Source: an uncultured delta proteobacterium (GTDB lineage: Bacteria; Desulfobacterota; Desulfobacteria; Desulfobacterales; QNYZ01). Taken from it: DNA of 64,000 bases. Positions within the stretch are counted from its first letter, which is position 1. Every line of letters starts with the position of its first letter. This document shows positions 62,391-64,000 of the stretch, in pieces. The stretch is taken from NCBI GenBank assembly GCA_963845145.1, contig CAWJQU010000005.1:896001-960000 (forward strand), written 5' to 3'. The notes under the pieces are model-generated. The model worked only from the letters and a program-made list of their open reading frames with translations, was not told the DNA's origin and ran no database searches. Made by a program: the position numbers and the translations under genes.

Positions 62391-64000
62391 ATGCTGACGA
62401 AATTCTTTCCCTTTATCGACGGGTTTAAAAACTACTCGTCACGACACCTGAAGATGGATGCCACCGCCGGGATCACCGTCGCCCTAGTGCTGATCCCCCA
62501 GTCTATGGCGTACGCTCAGTTGGCCGGGCTTCCCGCTTATTACGGCCTGTACGCGTCCCTATTGCCGCCCGTGATTGCCGCCCTTTTTGGTTCCAGTCGG
62601 CAATTGGCCACCGGCCCGGTGGCGATGGTTTCTTTAATGACCGCGGCTGGCCTGGAGTCGTTGGCTACTGCGGGAAGTCCGGGCTATCTTGCCTATGCGC
62701 TTCTTCTGGCCCTATTTGTGGGCATTATCCAGTTTGTCATCGGAACCCTGCGGCTGGGCGTTGTCATCAATTTCCTCTCCCATCCGGTGGTCAACGGGTT
62801 TACCAATGCCGCCGCTATCATTATTGCCACATCCCAACTGCCCAAGTTGTTTGGGGTTGCCATCGACAAAGCCGATCATCATTATCAAACCGTTGTCTGG
62901 ACCCTTCAGGCCGCTGGTCAATATACGCATTGGCCGACCTTTCTCATGGGCGTGATCGCTTTCACTTTAATGATTGTGCTAAAGCGACTTCATAGCCGCA
63001 TACCGGGCGTCCTGGCGGCAGTCGTGGTGACAACGGTCTTGTCCTGGGCTTTTCATTTCGAACAACGCATGGCCATTCACCATGATGCGATTAAAGATGC
63101 CAATGTCAAGGCGCTGCTGAGCCAATTTAACGACACCCAAAAGAAGCTTCCAAAGCTAGAGGAAAAACGCAATAAAACCGCCATAGATCAAACCCGGTTC
63201 AAGAACCAAGATAAAACCATTGCCATGTTGGACGCCAAGCGGGATGTGGCCGTATTAAATATAAAAATCGATTTGCTCAAATACCAGGCGGCCCAGGTTC
63301 GGAAAGATATTCGACGGCAGCTCTTTTACCGAAGGATCTCTTCTAACGGGACGGTTTCCTTTGTCAACCGAAAAGAGGGGACGCGCTCCGGTAACGGCCG
63401 CGAGCGAATCTGGCGCATTGATATGAGCAACAGCCTTATGGATCTTAACCGAATCCCTTTTTCCGGGGGAGGGCAGGTGGTTGGCCATGTCCCTAGCGGG
63501 CTGCCCCCGGTTACGCGTCCGATAATCGACGTCGATGTCGTGGGACCCCTATTTTTTTATGCCGCGATTATCGCCTTGCTCGGATTTATGGAGGCCATCT
63601 CGGTGGCCAAAGCGATGGCGGCGAAAACCGGACAGCGGTTGGATCCCAACCAGGAGCTGATCGGCCAGGGCCTTTCCAATATTGTGGGGGCGTTTACCAG
63701 CGGTTATCCTGTCTCAGGTTCTTTTTCGCGATCGGCAGTGAATCTGCAGGCTGGGGCGATGACCGGTATGGCCAGCCTGTTCACGGGCTTTTTTGTGTTG
63801 ATTGCGCTGATCTTTCTCACCCCCCTTTTATACCATTTGCCCCAGGCGGCTCTGGCGGCGGTAATAATGATGGCGGTGGTGGGGTTGGTCAATGTGCAGG
63901 GGTTTATTCATGCCTGGCGAGCCCAGCCGCATGATGGGGTTATCTCTGTGATCACGTTTATCGCGACCCTCGCCTTTGCACCGCATTTGGACCGGGGAAT
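62391..64000 (+). CDS. SulP/SLC26 anion transporter, 3' end outside window
   Basis: Not in the ORF track. From ATG 62391: DATAGITVALVLIPQSMAYAQLAGLP.YYGLY, GSSRQLATGP, SHPVVNGFT, DPNQELIGQGLSN, GSFSRSAVN. Confidence 0.93.
   Translation, partial: MLTKFFPFIDGFKNYSSRHLKMDATAGITVALVLIPQSMAYAQLAGLPAYYGLYASLLPPVIAALFGSSRQLATGPVAMVSLMTAAGLESLATAGSPGYLAYALLLALFVGIIQFVIGTLRLGVVINFLSHPVVNGFTNAAAIIIATSQLPKLFGVAIDKADHHYQTVVWTLQAAGQYTHWPTFLMGVIAFTLMIVLKRLHSRIPGVLAAVVVTTVLSWAFHFEQRMAIHHDAIKDANVKALLSQFNDTQKKLPKLEEKRNKTAIDQTRFKNQDKTIAMLDAKRDVAVLNIKIDLLKYQAAQVRKDIRRQLFYRRISSNGTVSFVNRKEGTRSGNGRERIWRIDMSNSLMDLNRIPFSGGGQVVGHVPSGLPPVTRPIIDVDVVGPLFFYAAIIALLGFMEAISVAKAMAAKTGQRLDPNQELIGQGLSNIVGAFTSGYPVSGSFSRSAVNLQAGAMTGMASLFTGFFVLIALIFLTPLLYHLPQAALAAVIMMAVVGLVNVQGFIHAWRAQPHDGVISVITFIATLAFAPHLDRG

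Overview
Chromosomal window from an anaerobic bacterium. The gene content (Sec-containing formate dehydrogenase, tungsten-type AOR, sigma-54 regulators, RdgC-like pair, SulP) points to Desulfobacterota/Desulfobacterales; this is an inference. Left to right: a truncated histidine kinase; an IclR / acetylene-hydratase-family molybdoenzyme / Fe-S protein / PaaK-like CoA ligase operon; pyk; a USP-GAF-CBS-HPP operon preceded by a strongly base-paired non-coding segment; a sigma-54-controlled cluster of AOR, two class III aminotransferases, MoaD, a TRAP transporter and a cupin; a chemotaxis islet with sigma-28 promoters; a small decayed accessory island; housekeeping genes (rnd, yhbY, thrS, thyA); a selenocysteine FdhA convergent with its likely flavin partner; gyrB (broken by indels, probably sequencing error) and dnaN with no adjacent dnaA; two RdgC-like genes divergent from an EndoQ-UvrD fusion carrying two beta-clamp-type motifs; an orphan ATP-grasp protein; a truncated SulP. 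No rRNA, tRNA, CRISPR array or intact transposase was recognised. Best candidates for undescribed systems: the aromatic-acid molybdoenzyme module (1.7-6.4 kb), the AOR/dual-transaminase amine catabolism cluster (12.6-23.9 kb) and the clamp-linked EndoQ-UvrD/RdgC/dnaN locus (54.7-60.9 kb). All family assignments come from motif recognition by eye; no searches were run.
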